Shown here: one piece after another, positions 45,552 to 58,789 of the stretch
Layout of the letters: every line of letters begins with the position of its first letter
Numbering within the stretch: position 1 is the first letter of the stretch
DNA from: the human T2T-CHM13v2.0 reference genome, Homo sapiens
Assembly (NCBI RefSeq): GCF_009914755.1
Contig: NC_060948.1
Strand: one strand, 5' to 3'
DNA: 64,000 bases
Translations under genes and position numbers: made by a program
The notes under the pieces: model-generated
What the model saw: the letters and a program-made list of their open reading frames with translations, nothing else
Database searches by the model: none
What the model was told of the DNA's origin: nothing

Positions 45552-46047
45552 TGTGGCCAACTGCCACTGTTACTACTTGAGACCGTCACTATGACAGTTA
45601 CTACTGTCACTACTTGAGACCATCATTACAAGACTGAATGAAGGGACGAACATAGAAATGAAAACTTAAGACAAAAGAAACTGTTTTAAAGGAAGGGTCC
45701 AGGGGAAGAAGAAGAGAGCTCCCTGCTTCTAGTGAGCATAGGCAGCCCCTGAGCTTCCACAGCCCTTCATATTTATTGGGTAGCAAGAGCAGGGAGGAGG
45801 AGGTAATGATTGGTTGGCTGCTTAATTGATAACAGGTTCATATTATTACCAACCGGCTTCAGATGTACCTAATCGCAAGAAACACTGTGCTTGGGTCGTG
45901 ACTACCCTCAGCATTCCTTCTGGGCAGCAGATGCAGTTTGTCAGTTTACCAACATTCTGCATTGATGAGAACAGTTTGCTGCCCACTCATATAGCCTCCA
46001 GTGGTATACTGAGTTGATCACGACCCTCATTCTTTCGGCCTATGACA
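45552..46047 (-). mobile_element. ERV solo LTR (family uncertain)
   Basis: TG...CA termini, minus-strand AATAAA, TTATC-like flanks. Confidence 0.7.
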
Positions 46048-46865
46048 TTTATCCTAAGGAAACATTTAAGTTTGTAGATAAAGCTTTGATTACAAGGTAT
46101 TTTATCACATTGTATACAACATAGGTAAGCCAGAAATGTAATTGTTCAACAGTAGGTGATAAGTACTGTAACACACTTACATAATAGAATACTATGTAGT
46201 ACTTAAGGTGATCTGTAAAACTATACTCAACATGGAAAGAGGTTCATAATACATTACTGAGTGAGAGAAATATATTACAAAATATTATGAATGGTATCAT
46301 CCTATGTTTGCCTTCTCTGTGCCTGCCCTACTTTTGCTGAATATCACAGGAAAAAATAACCCCACCATGTTTTATAATAAATTCATGTTCACAAACCTCA
46401 AATCAACATATTATCTGACAATCTTACCACTTTTCCCCAAGTTTACTCTTCCCACTCTTTGAGCTGATTAGTCCATAAGTATTTCTCTTTCCTCAAACCA
46501 CCAATACCACCTCTCCCAACTTATTCTGAGCCAATGAACTTGCTTTCCTTTTGTCATATTCTTAAAATGAAGGAGCTATCCTTTGCTTAAAGCTCAATGC
46601 CTTCTCACCATCCCCTCTTACCTTCTTTTCTCCTTTAGTCTTCCCCCTGCTGCCCTCCCTTGCTCGCATCACCAATTTTCCCATCTCTTTTAGATCCTTC
46701 TTACATGCAAATTTGTTCTGGGATATCCTAGCTTAAATAAAATCCTTTCCTGGACCTTACATCTCCATCTAGCTACCAAATTTCTTCCTCCCTTCAGGGA
46801 AAAACTTCTCAAAAGAGTTTTCTACACAAGCTATCTCTACTTCATCACCTCTTTGATGTGGCTTT

Positions 46866-47442
46866 TGTGAACCCAGAAAATGTCAGACAGGTCTCTCGCC
46901 CAGGTTGAGGATGCATGCCCGTGACACAGCCTCGGGAAGTCCTAAGGACATGTGCCCAAGGATGCAGCTTGGTTTTATACATTTTAGGGAGGCATGAAAC
47001 ATTAATCAAGTACATTTAAGAAATACATTGGTTTGGTCCAGAAACGCGGGACAACACAAAGAAGCGGGTGGGGGATCCAGGCCATAGGTAAATTTAAACA
47101 TTTGCTGGTTGACAATTGATTGAGTTTGTCTAAAGACTTGGGATCAATAGAAAGGAATGCTTGGGTTGTGATGAGAAGTTGCAGAAACCAAAAAGTTTTA
47201 TCATGCAAATGATGAAGCTTTTAGCTAGCAGGCTTCAGAAAGAACAGGCTGTAAAATGTTTCTTATCAGACTTAAAGTCTGTGTTGATGTTCATGCCAGA
47301 GAGGTATAATGAGGCGTGTCCAACCCCCACTTCCCTTCATGGCCTGAACCAGTCTTTCAGGTTAAATTTTAAGAGCCCTGGCCGAGGAGGAAGTCCATTT
47401 AGATGGTTGAGGGGGCCTTAGAATTTTATTTTTGGCATACAC
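46866..47442 (-). mobile_element. MER4-like LTR within L2 fragments
   Basis: TGTGAACCCAGAAAAT...GACAGGTCTC start typical of antisense MER4. Confidence 0.7.
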
Positions 47443-48278
47443 TTTTATCCCCACAATTCCAATAAAATGACACTTGAAAATATCAACAATAATATGATTC
47501 ATGGTCCCAAGTCAAGTTAACATTTTCCATCTTACTGTTACTCAACCTTTTAGCAGCATATGTATATCTGACCAAGCTCCTCTTGAAACACTCTCCTATT
47601 TCAGCTTCTGTGAGGCCACTTTCACCTGTTTTTTCTCCTACCTCTCTACACACTTTATTGACTTGTCCTGTTATGGTTGTTATTCCTCGATAAGACCTCT
47701 GAATATCGAAATTCCTGTGGGCTAGATGCTGGACCCTCTCGTATACATTTCTACCTTGGATGATCTCATTCCTGTCCATGGGTTTATATGCCAACTATGT
47801 GCTCATAACATCCAAATTTATATCTGTAACTCTGACATTTATGATTTCTGGCATCTAATTAATAAATGTTTGTTTTAAAAAATGTCACACACACACATAC
47901 ACAGAAAGTTCCCATTATCCAAGGACAGCTGGCACTGAAAATGCCACCAGAAGGGAATCAACTTAATAGGGGAACAAAATTTCATCAGAAATGATAGAAA
48001 AGAAGTTTTATTTGGGACTTTAGAAAACTAAAACCAAAAATTATTAAATTAAGCTTATTTAATCTTATTTTAATTTAAAATATTTAAATTTAAAATAATT
48101 TAAATTTTAATTTAAAATATAATTAATATAATTATATTAAAATATAATTAATTTAAAATTTAATTTTAATTGCAGCTATGCAATAATTTTTAGAATGGAC
48201 AAAGAATGAAATAAGAACTATTTGAGGGATTTGGGGTAGTTCTCTGATAAAAGTGTTGAATGATACAGTATCCTTTAC

Positions 48279-48593
48279 CTCATAAATAGGGTTATTTTTA
48301 CCAAAACGTTTGAACAATTCACTGTTTCCTCCAAAGGTCTCTCATTAATTGGATATTCAAAATACCCATCACTCATCATCCAAGTGGATTTTTTTCACTT
48401 CAACTTAACTGATTTAAATCGTTTTTCATTGGCTTTGACATATTGAAATAGTTATCCAATACCACTTTCAACTTTATGAAATCCTGTGTATTTTCCAAGA
48501 TTTATAATTCTACATTGCAATTAATTTCTTTTTTTTATTGTTAACATTCAATAGTCAACAGAGGACCAGTGATATGATGGACAATAATACGTG
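48279..48593 (-). pseudogene. Relic inter-module linker exon
   Basis: Long single frame RIINLGKYTGFHKVESGIG*LFQYVK...KITLFM; AG|GTAAAG donor in phase with exon 44057 (joins as LFMR/FWVVF). Confidence 0.55.
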
Positions 48594-49543
48594 CTATTGT
48601 TTAGCAGAAAGGGGTTTTTGAGGAGGACTAATTTTATAAGTGGTTAATTTACTGGTGAAAATTTCTATGGTATAAGGGACTTTTCTTTACTATACATCAT
48701 AACTTATAAGCACTCAGAAAAAAATTAAAAATAATTGTATATACACATACACACATGCACATGTCTACACATGTATATATAAAGTCTTGTGAGATAGAGG
48801 CCCCAAATTGCAGGATGAAAGTTGATTTTTATATTTTTCTTATTTCCTGTGACATTTTCTGATTTTTTTCTTATTTCCTGTGAACATTTTTTGATTTTTC
48901 TATTACTGGTCATGCATGACTTGTATAAATAAACTATCATGACTTATTAAATGAAAGTAGGCTTTGAATAGTGTTTGAAAACAATGAGGTTTATAGTCCC
49001 TGTCTGGTGACAGCTTTCATTTGCATTTGTATCACAAACTGTCAACTGAAATTAGACCTTGGTAGTCATGTAATTCTAGAGTCATTAAGCCCAAAATTAC
49101 AGGGTACCAGTTGCTAGGGACAAATAACAGACTTGAAACTACAACATGAGAGATTAAGGTTATATTTACTAAAGAATATTCTGACAGTTCATGTTGTTAA
49201 TTCTGGAAGCATGACTGCAAACTGAAAAATCTGACTCCAGTTTAGAATTAAATCAAATCCCATTTTGAGATTTGAGGATTAAATAAATAGGTTGTCATAG
49301 TCTCTGCTTTTTCAGCATTTTCTAAACCATGTTGCTTATCAGAATCATCTGGGTCTCTTGCTACAAATACAGATCCTCATGTTGCACCCTCAAAAATGTG
49401 ACTTTGTAGGCCAGGAATATCAGCTAACCATAGGTGATTCTGAAGTAGCTTATCGATACAACCGTGTTTAGGAATCAATGTTTTAGGCCAATGGTTCTAG
49501 GAAGAAATCACCAAGCCCTTGGTGAATGAACATTTACACTCAC

Positions 49544-49636
49544 TTCATGATCACATAACAGAGAGTTTCCTAGGGTATGGTCCTCTTTGGGCAATACAAA
49601 TTGTGATACAATTTCTACTTGTATCAACTGCCTATC
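49544..49636 (-). pseudogene. Decayed exon homologous to POLR1D (RPAC2/AC19)
   Basis: TTTGTATTGCCCAAAGAGGACCATACCCTAGGAAACTCTC = [14 protein letters not shown]; pyrimidine tract plus AG before, GTGAGT donor after ATCATGAA; two frameshifts. Confidence 0.82.
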
Positions 49637-50111
49637 CTTCCCAACCAAAAAAAAGTGAGAATCAACAGTGTTACTCCTCAGTATCAAGCACCAAAAAATA
49701 GAATGCAGCAAAATTTGAAAGGGAAAAGCAGTCACTTAAAGCAAACCTTTTGTCAGACTCCAATACATCCAGATCATAAAAAATTTAAAACTGAAAGAAT
49801 TCTTAGACCAGCTAATTCAACCTCATAATTTTACAGATGAGAGTCAGAGAAATGAAGTCATATGATAGTGGCAGAGTTGTTACAAAACCCAGGACACAAG
49901 TACTCTTACACTTGTGTGTTTTTCCACTTTACCATGTATTTAATGAATCCATTATGAATATTATTGGAGTTCCTTGAGAGCATGTATCTCTACTACTTAG
50001 CACACTTCCTGGCACATGATGCCTGGGTAAAAGTTTGTTGAATTGAATGCTCTGTTTAAACTCCAAGTAGTAAAAATTAAAGTCATGGTGATAGCTTCTA
50101 AACATATTTAC

Positions 50112-50204
50112 CTAGAATGTTGGCCTTTCTAATTTGTCGGAGTAAAGCTGTGTGAATAACTCTCTCAATAAATCTGGGACAACTGAATTATGTTGCCTTA
50201 ATGA
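50112..50204 (-). pseudogene. Relic C-linker exon (module II), 93 bp
   Basis: CTTCTCTTTTTTTCAG acceptor, TAG|GTAAAT donor; PDLLRELFTQLYSDKLE. Confidence 0.65.
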
Positions 50205-50304
50205 CTGAAAAAAAGAGAAGTCCCTTTTGTGGGATTTACTACGTAAGTAGTGACGTTTTCCCTATTACATCTCTGCCCCCACTCATCCTTGAAGATGCAG
50301 TTCG

Positions 50305-50418
50305 GCTGTGAAGTCAGCTTGCTGTGAAGTCAGCTTGCTGTGAAGTCAGCTTGCTGTGAAGTCAGCTTGCTGTGAAGTCAGCTTGCTGTGAAGTCAGCTT
50401 GCTGTGAAGTCAGCTTGC
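50305..50418 (+). repeat. Perfect 16-bp tandem repeat (GCTGTGAAGTCAGCTT) x7
   Basis: Direct read. Confidence 0.97.
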
Positions 50419-50543
50419 GCTTGGCCACAGAGGAAGCTGCATTGTATTAATATAAAGGGTACTTTGGAGACAAAACAGAGTTGCATTTGATTTTCAGCTT
50501 TGCTATTAAGGTACTTAACCTCTTTAAACCTAAGTTTTCTCAC

Positions 50544-51055
50544 CATTGTTCACTATATCCTTAGATATATCTACACCATGGACATGTCTATGGATTGTTT
50601 TTAAAATTCTACTTGTTGCTGGAATTTCAAGAAATGGACTTCAAGATGATACTACCCAGGATTGTTGGAATATTCATTGAAACCATGTATATTTTTCAAA
50701 AAACAGAATGTAAGAAATCTTGCCTGACATATAAGGGGAACTCAACAAATGCAGTCTCCAAGAGGACAGGAACTTTGTTTTGTGTACTGTTGTATTAGTG
50801 CCTTGGACATAGCAGAAACTCAACAAATAATGCTCATGTGTTTCCCTTCCTTCCTCTGCCTACTTTGTTAATAAAATATATTTCATATCAACTATCATTG
50901 TATCATGCATAAATATTCTTCACGTCTCTTAAATTTGTGTGACTTTCCATTATACTTAGAAATTTACTGTCTTCTTACGAAAAGTATTTCCATCTCTCAA
51001 CAAAGTTAATGATCTGCACAGCTGTGTCAAGAAGATGTAGTAATGTTCAATGTAG
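50544..51055 (-). pseudogene. Relic pore and S6/C-linker segments (module II)
   Basis: EHYYIFL/DTAVQIINFV/RDGN (~51050-50985); ILGSIIL/LKFQQQVEF*KQSI/ISKDIVNN ending in a GTGAGA donor at 50543. Confidence 0.6.
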
Positions 51056-51289
51056 GAAGATGAACAATTTGAAAAACACACACACATTCCCTGATTTCAT
51101 TCGTGTCACATATGGACTCATGGCTTTCAAACACTCAAACATAACATGAAAACCATTACCTTCGCATTCGAGCTACCTGAAGTTTTTGTTTTTTTCCTTA
51201 CAGGGAACCACCGCAAGCACAGATTTGAAATAAAATTGAGGGCAGTAGTATCAGGAAAAAAATCGTTGGGAATGTGTTGGAGAGAGTAA

Positions 51290-52080
51290 GGGTCCAGCAG
51301 GCAGCTGCGTTCTGGCTGGACTTGCAGTCCTACCTCCGTGGCCCCAAACTCGGGGGTGATTTAGAGCAACGCCTTTGGGCCTTACTGTTTTAGACTATGG
51401 GGGTGCACTCCATCGGTGGTTTTCCCCCATTATTTTAACCACAGTCTCCTTTCTTTCAGAGAAGTGCTCCGTGTGAATCTCGAGCTGGGTGGGGAGGAGA
51501 AAAAAGAAAACCAAAGCCAATCTGGTCTCCTTGCATCTCGAAAAAGGTCACACGATCCGTCGCTTTGCCGCCGCTCTCCGGAGTCCCGGGCCACGACCTC
51601 GCATTCAGAAGTCACGTTCAGCATCTAAAGGTAGCGGTCCTCGAGTCCACTCCCCGCTGGAGTGAAGAGAACAACGGGGAGGACGCCTTCCCAGAGCAGC
51701 TGCCGCCGGTCCCTGTCCCCGGCTCGCTTCAAGCTCTGCAGCTGCTGGGGCATTTCTGATGAGGGCCCTGGGAGGTACACTCTGAAACATTCCGCCCCTT
51801 GCTAGTATTTACTCACTGTCTTCCAACCTTTTTGCTGTGGAATGCGTGCTCCATGCTCCCTGTCCCCATCTTGGGAGGAGGCAGGAACCGAGATGAAGGA
51901 GGAGCGCAGAAGCAAACACTTTATGTGCCCAACTGGAACTGTTCGCTTTGGTCAACCAACACTGATTGCTCATTCCTCTGTGTTCCCTCTTAAACAGCTT
52001 CTGAAAATTGCTCGAGAGGGGCGGAGTCAGGAAGCCAAGAGCGTGGGAGGCAAATCTCAGCCCCCTCGCTGTCTGTGAGG
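51290..52080. promoter_or_regulatory. Orphan CpG-rich island-like region
   Basis: Unique GC/CpG-rich sequence, GC boxes (CCGCCCC ~51792, GGGCGG ~52018), no recognisable repeat. Confidence 0.6.
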
Positions 52081-52599
52081 CTAGAAGCCTCGGTTTTCCT
52101 TATCTGGAAAAGGGGGTTGCTGATAATAATAATTACTTCACACCATTACTGCGATGATTAAATGCAGTAATATATATCTATCTTAGAATACTGTTTGGTA
52201 CTGAGGAGTGTTAGCCCTTGTCATTAGTATGCATTCTGTCAACAAACTGTAATTGAGCACAAGCTCTGTGCTACCCTGAGGAGATAAGAGTGGTGAACAA
52301 GACTAATAACGTTCCTGCCCATATGAAATGTATATCCTAATGATGGTAAATGAAAAATAAGCTAGTAAACAATAAAAACATAATTATTTTAATTATCATA
52401 AGAAAATAAAACAAGAAAATATGTACAGAGTGAACATGTGGCAAGTGGCTAATGAAAAGCCAGTGGTCATGGAAAGTCCATCTGAGGAGGGGCCTGAATA
52501 ACAAGAAAGACATGCACACAGATCTGCAGGTTCAGCATTCAGTGCAGAGTAAACAGCTGACGCAAAAACTCAAAGGTGAGTGCATGCTTGGTCTGTTCC

Positions 52600-52970
52600 A
52601 AGGTGAAAATCATGCACTTATTACATGACAATGACTTAAAGATGTATTTCTATCCCTGCACATGTAGGGACAATTTATATGGGCATCTTCATTCTCGCCA
52701 AGAGTTGGAGAACGGGAAAGATATGGGAACCTGTCCCAGCTGTTTTCTCATTATTAAAGTGATTGATGACAAAGATCAGTATATGCGCAGAGAAACAGAT
52801 CCAGCACCTTTCACCAACAGATAATTCGTTAAATGCTGAAGGATTTTTAGCCAAAATCCTGAACAACTGGAAATAAGCCAAGGCGGAAAAAAATCTAATG
52901 CCAAGTTACAGACCTTTTTCATGAGGACACCAGTTTTGTGGTTTACCATTCCATTAGAGTATGCATTCTT
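52600..52970 (+). pseudogene. DPH3P2: Processed pseudogene of DPH3 (CSL zinc finger), 5'-truncated
   Basis: YFYPCTCRDN...ELENGKDMGTCPSCFLIIKVIDDKDQ, ends GTTAAATGCTGA; intronless; symbol inferred from locus. Confidence 0.9.
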
Positions 52971-52974
52971 TTTT

Positions 52975-53566
52975 AAAAACATTTATTTAATTTTTAAATT
53001 TTAGATTCAAGTGGTATGTGTGCAGGTTTGTTACAAGGGTATATTGCATAATGCTGACTTTGAGCTCCTAGTGAACCCATTGCCCAAATAGTGAACATAG
53101 TACCCAATAAGGTAGTTTTTCAGGGGAAAGAAACTGCTCTATTAAAAAGAAACCTTGCACTCATATGTTTATTGCAGCACTATTCACAATAGTAAAGTCA
53201 TAGAATCAACCTAAGTGCCTATCAACGGTGGAGTGGATACAGAAAATGTGGAACATATACACCATGGAATATTAGGCAGTCATAATAAAGAATGAAATCA
53301 TGTCCTTGGCAGCAACATGGATGCAGCTGGAGGCCATTATTCTAAGTGAATTAACATAGAAATAGAAAACATAGGCCATTATTCTAAGTGAATTAGCAAA
53401 GAAAGTGAAATTAACATAGAAATAATTTCTATGTTAATAGGAATTAACATAGAAATAATTTCTATGTTAATAGGAATTAACATAGAAATAGAAAATCAAA
53501 TACTACATGTTCTCACTTATAAGTGAGAGCTAAACAGTGGGTATACATGGACATTAAGATTGAAAT
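52975..53566. mobile_element. Twin-primed L1 3' fragment in the DPH3 pseudogene 3'UTR
   Basis: Antisense 3' end to ~53122, then sense piece; flanks AGAGTATGCATT / AGAGTATGGATT. Confidence 0.8.
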
Positions 53567-53699
53567 AAGAGTATGGATTATTAATATCAATCAAAGAAGA
53601 GAACCAACAGATGGGAATACCCTCATTTTATGCTTAGAACTTTGAACTGGAATTGTTCTTAATTTTCCATCAAAATTTTAAGAGAAGATAATTTAAAAA

Positions 53700-55565
<1,866 letters not shown>

Positions 55566-55599
55566 GATTTGTTTGTAAACCACAAAATAACACATCACG

Positions 55600-55912
55600 T
55601 GAAGCTGGAAGCCATTATCCTCACCAAACTAATGCAGGAACAGAAAATCAAACACTGCATGTTCTCACTTGTAAGTGGGAGCTAAACAATGCGAACACAT
55701 AGACACAGGGAAGAGAACAACACACACTGGGGCCTGTCGGGGTGGGGTTGGGGGAGGGAGAGCATCAGGAAAAATAGCTAATGCATGCTGGGCTTTAATA
55801 CCTAGGTGATGGGTTGATAGGTGCAGCAAATTACCATGGCACACATTTACCTGTATAACAAACCTGCACATCCTACACATGTACCCCAGAACTTATAATA
55901 AAATAAAAATAA
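55600..55912 (+). mobile_element. L1PA 3' end fragment
   Basis: 3'UTR with G-rich tract and A-rich tail. Confidence 0.88.
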
Positions 55913-56427
55913 GTAGGATAGAGGACAAACTGCTAAATCTAAGATGCATATTTGCAGCACTGCCTAGCATAGTAATAATTTAGAACATCTGGCAGCCCTT
56001 TAAAAGTCAACAGACTGCTTTCATCTCTGTTATCTCATCTGATCGTGCTAGGGCTTGGTGGATAGAATTATCTCCATTTTACAGGGGAGAAAACTAAGGC
56101 TCCAAGATTTAGTAACTTACTTCAGTCCCATCAAGGGAGAACTGGATCAGATTCCTGATCCAATTGCCAGGAGGCAAACCCTGATCCAATTGCCAGGATC
56201 CAATCTTGATCCAATTGCCAGGAGGCAAATATTTCTGCTGTCCCACTGGAATATAGGGCTTTCCTGGCCTGCCCTTCTAGGGTCTGCATTTGCCAGCCCT
56301 AGGATGAACACTTATACAGGAGCTATTTCTAAATGTCTAGATAGCCATGTTTATCAGTGCCCCACCATTCACTATGGTAACCCTAGATGCTGAAAATAAC
56401 CATATTAAGGAAATTAGCCTGTGTACA

Positions 56428-56722
56428 TTCACTCTCGTCATCATCTTGGTTTTGGTGGGTTTTGGCTGGCTTCTTTACTGCAGTCTGTTTTATCAGCAAG
56501 ATCTTTATGACCTGTATCTTGTGCTGACCTCCTATCTCATCCTGCGACTTAGAATGCCTTAACTGTCTGGGAATGCAGCCCAGTAGGTCTCAGCCTTATT
56601 TTACCCAGCTCCTATTCAAGACAAAGTTGTTCTGGTTCACATACCTCTGACAGGGAGGCCTCAGGAAACTTACAATCATGGTGGAAGGCAAACGGGAAGC
56701 AGGCACATCTTACATGGCCAGA
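56428..56722 (-). mobile_element. LTR8/MER4-class LTR fragment joined to an MST fragment
   Basis: CAGCCCAGTAGGTCTCAGCCTTATTTTACCCAG...CTCTGACA. Confidence 0.7.
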
Positions 56723-57177
56723 TAATTACACTACAAATTTTAGGGTATAAATAAGATTACTTTAGGAGAGAATATGGAGTAAGAGGGGGCTTTGCTAGAG
56801 TCCTGAAAGCTCTAAAGAGAGGCGATATTTAGAGTTCACACAGCTTAGTAACTCAGATCTCTCTGACTCTAAAACTCATTCTTTTTCTAGGATACTATGC
56901 TGCCTCTTAAAGAATAGATATTGAATACAATATAATTAAGTTGATATTAATACCAAATGCGAACCTTTGCAAAGGGGAGATAAAGCAAGGGGAATGATTA
57001 AGATCACCAGGAAGAGTGTGAAGAGTAAGAAGAGAAGATGGCATAGGGCAGAACCCTATGGAATGTGAACATTTCTAAAGAAAATGAAGAGCTGCCACAG
57101 AGGTGGGAGGAGAACCAGCAGGGTGTAGTTCTTGGAAAGAGCTAACAGAATAAAGGGGTTCAAAAAGGAGGGAATAA

Positions 57178-57537
<360 letters not shown>

Positions 57538-57974
57538 CTATTTGTTTTAGCAACACTGTTGAGAATTCTGTCTGTAAAGGAGAGGTGAGAGAAAGACCAC
57601 TAGCTTATCTGTGTTTGGTCTGTGTTTGATGAGGGGGCTTGGGGTATGGGGTTAAGAAAGGTGACTTTGGAATGTTTTAGATGAGAGAAATTTTGACAGC
57701 CTTTAAGTCCTGATAGTAAAGAGCGAGTTAGCAGAGAGCCGTTGAGGAGTCATGCAACGGAAGGGTTCATCAGAGGAGCTTGACTCTGAGTCGGCAACAG
57801 GGAATAGAGATGGAAGAGGGCTGGCTTAGATCAAAGGAGAGTAGTCGTTTATTATTATTATTATTGCAAAAAGAATAGGAGAAAGGATTGGTGAGGGGTA
57901 CAAGAAAATTAGAAAATTTCATGGCGAAAGTAGAGGCAGTTCCTGTCAGATGAATTCTATTTTGTCTGTGAGGA

Positions 57975-58640
57975 AACGGGCGACGCTGCCTACTGAGACT
58001 AAGCAGGAGAGACGGGGCAAGCTTGGCTCTTCATTTATGCCGCCTACTCATTGCTGGTAGATTCTTTATCTAGCCTGCATCCTCTCATTTTCCTGGATCC
58101 CTATACGGCATTTGACGCTGTTTACCACAAGAGCTGTCGAACGAACGTGAAACACTCAGTGATACTCCAACCGGAACTACTACTCCCAGAATGCAGTACG
58201 GCTCCTGGGAAGTGCGGGGGGCTGGGAACGCAGCAGGCCTAGCCGTGTCGCCTGCTGCCATTGGAGGAGCGCTCCCACTCCCAAGAGGCCACGCGTAGAC
58301 GGGGCGCTTCATGCGGAAGTCAGCGGCGTCCGGTCCCAGCCTCCTCTGGGAGCGGGCAGTTGGCGACCCTGCACTGACCCGCGTCCCTCCGTCTCGAGCC
58401 CGCGCGCCCTCAGAGGGTGCCCGGACAGGTAAATGGAGTGGGGTGCGCCCTGCGGGAGGCGGGGAGAGAACTGCGGAGGGAGGGCGGAGGTGTCGATGGA
58501 AAGGTGCTGGGGTGGAGCGAGGAGGCAGTGCAGGGGTGACTTGGGCTTCTCTGGTGTCGACAGTTCCAGTTGTCGGGCAGGACCAGTTTTGGCGAGGTGC
58601 GTCTTATGCCACTGGAAAGGCCTCGAGTTAAAGAGTGTCA
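57975..58640 (+). promoter_or_regulatory. VAMP7: VAMP7 CpG-island promoter
   Basis: CpG-dense, TATA-less, ETS motif GCGGAAGT at 58313-58320, GC boxes. Confidence 0.88.
58312..58428 (+). other. VAMP7: VAMP7 (SYBL1) non-coding exon 1; remainder of window is intron 1
   Basis: Matches my recall of the VAMP7 5'UTR (...CCCTCAGAGGGTGCCCGGACAG), followed by a GTAAAT donor; coding exon 2 (MAILFAV) not found in window; TSS approximate. Confidence 0.88.
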
Positions 58641-58781
58641 GAATGCGTCACTTAAGCTGTCATTACAGGAGGGAAAAAATGTTAACTTTCTCTCAGTTTG
58701 TATTCTACAAGACCTTTCTGTAGCATTTAAATCTCTTGAGATCGCCAGAGTCTTCTAAAAACTCTCTACGTCCTTGTTCGA

Positions 58782-58789
58782 TGACGTCA
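58782..58789. promoter_or_regulatory. Perfect CRE palindrome TGACGTCA in intron 1
   Basis: Direct read; function unknown. Confidence 0.45.

Noticed and set aside
48040-48170. AT-only quasi-palindromic tract
   Set aside because: Low-complexity sequence with no specific structure that I can support.
48980-49250. Possible further POLR1D exons (GGACTATAA) or module II CNBD pieces (MKAVT)
   Set aside because: Similarity too weak and ambiguous to assign to either gene.
50305-50418. CRISPR-like array
   Set aside because: No spacers; a simple tandem repeat in eukaryotic DNA.
58085-58758. ORFs over the VAMP7 promoter
   Set aside because: GC-rich chance ORFs; VAMP7 coding starts in exon 2, outside the window.
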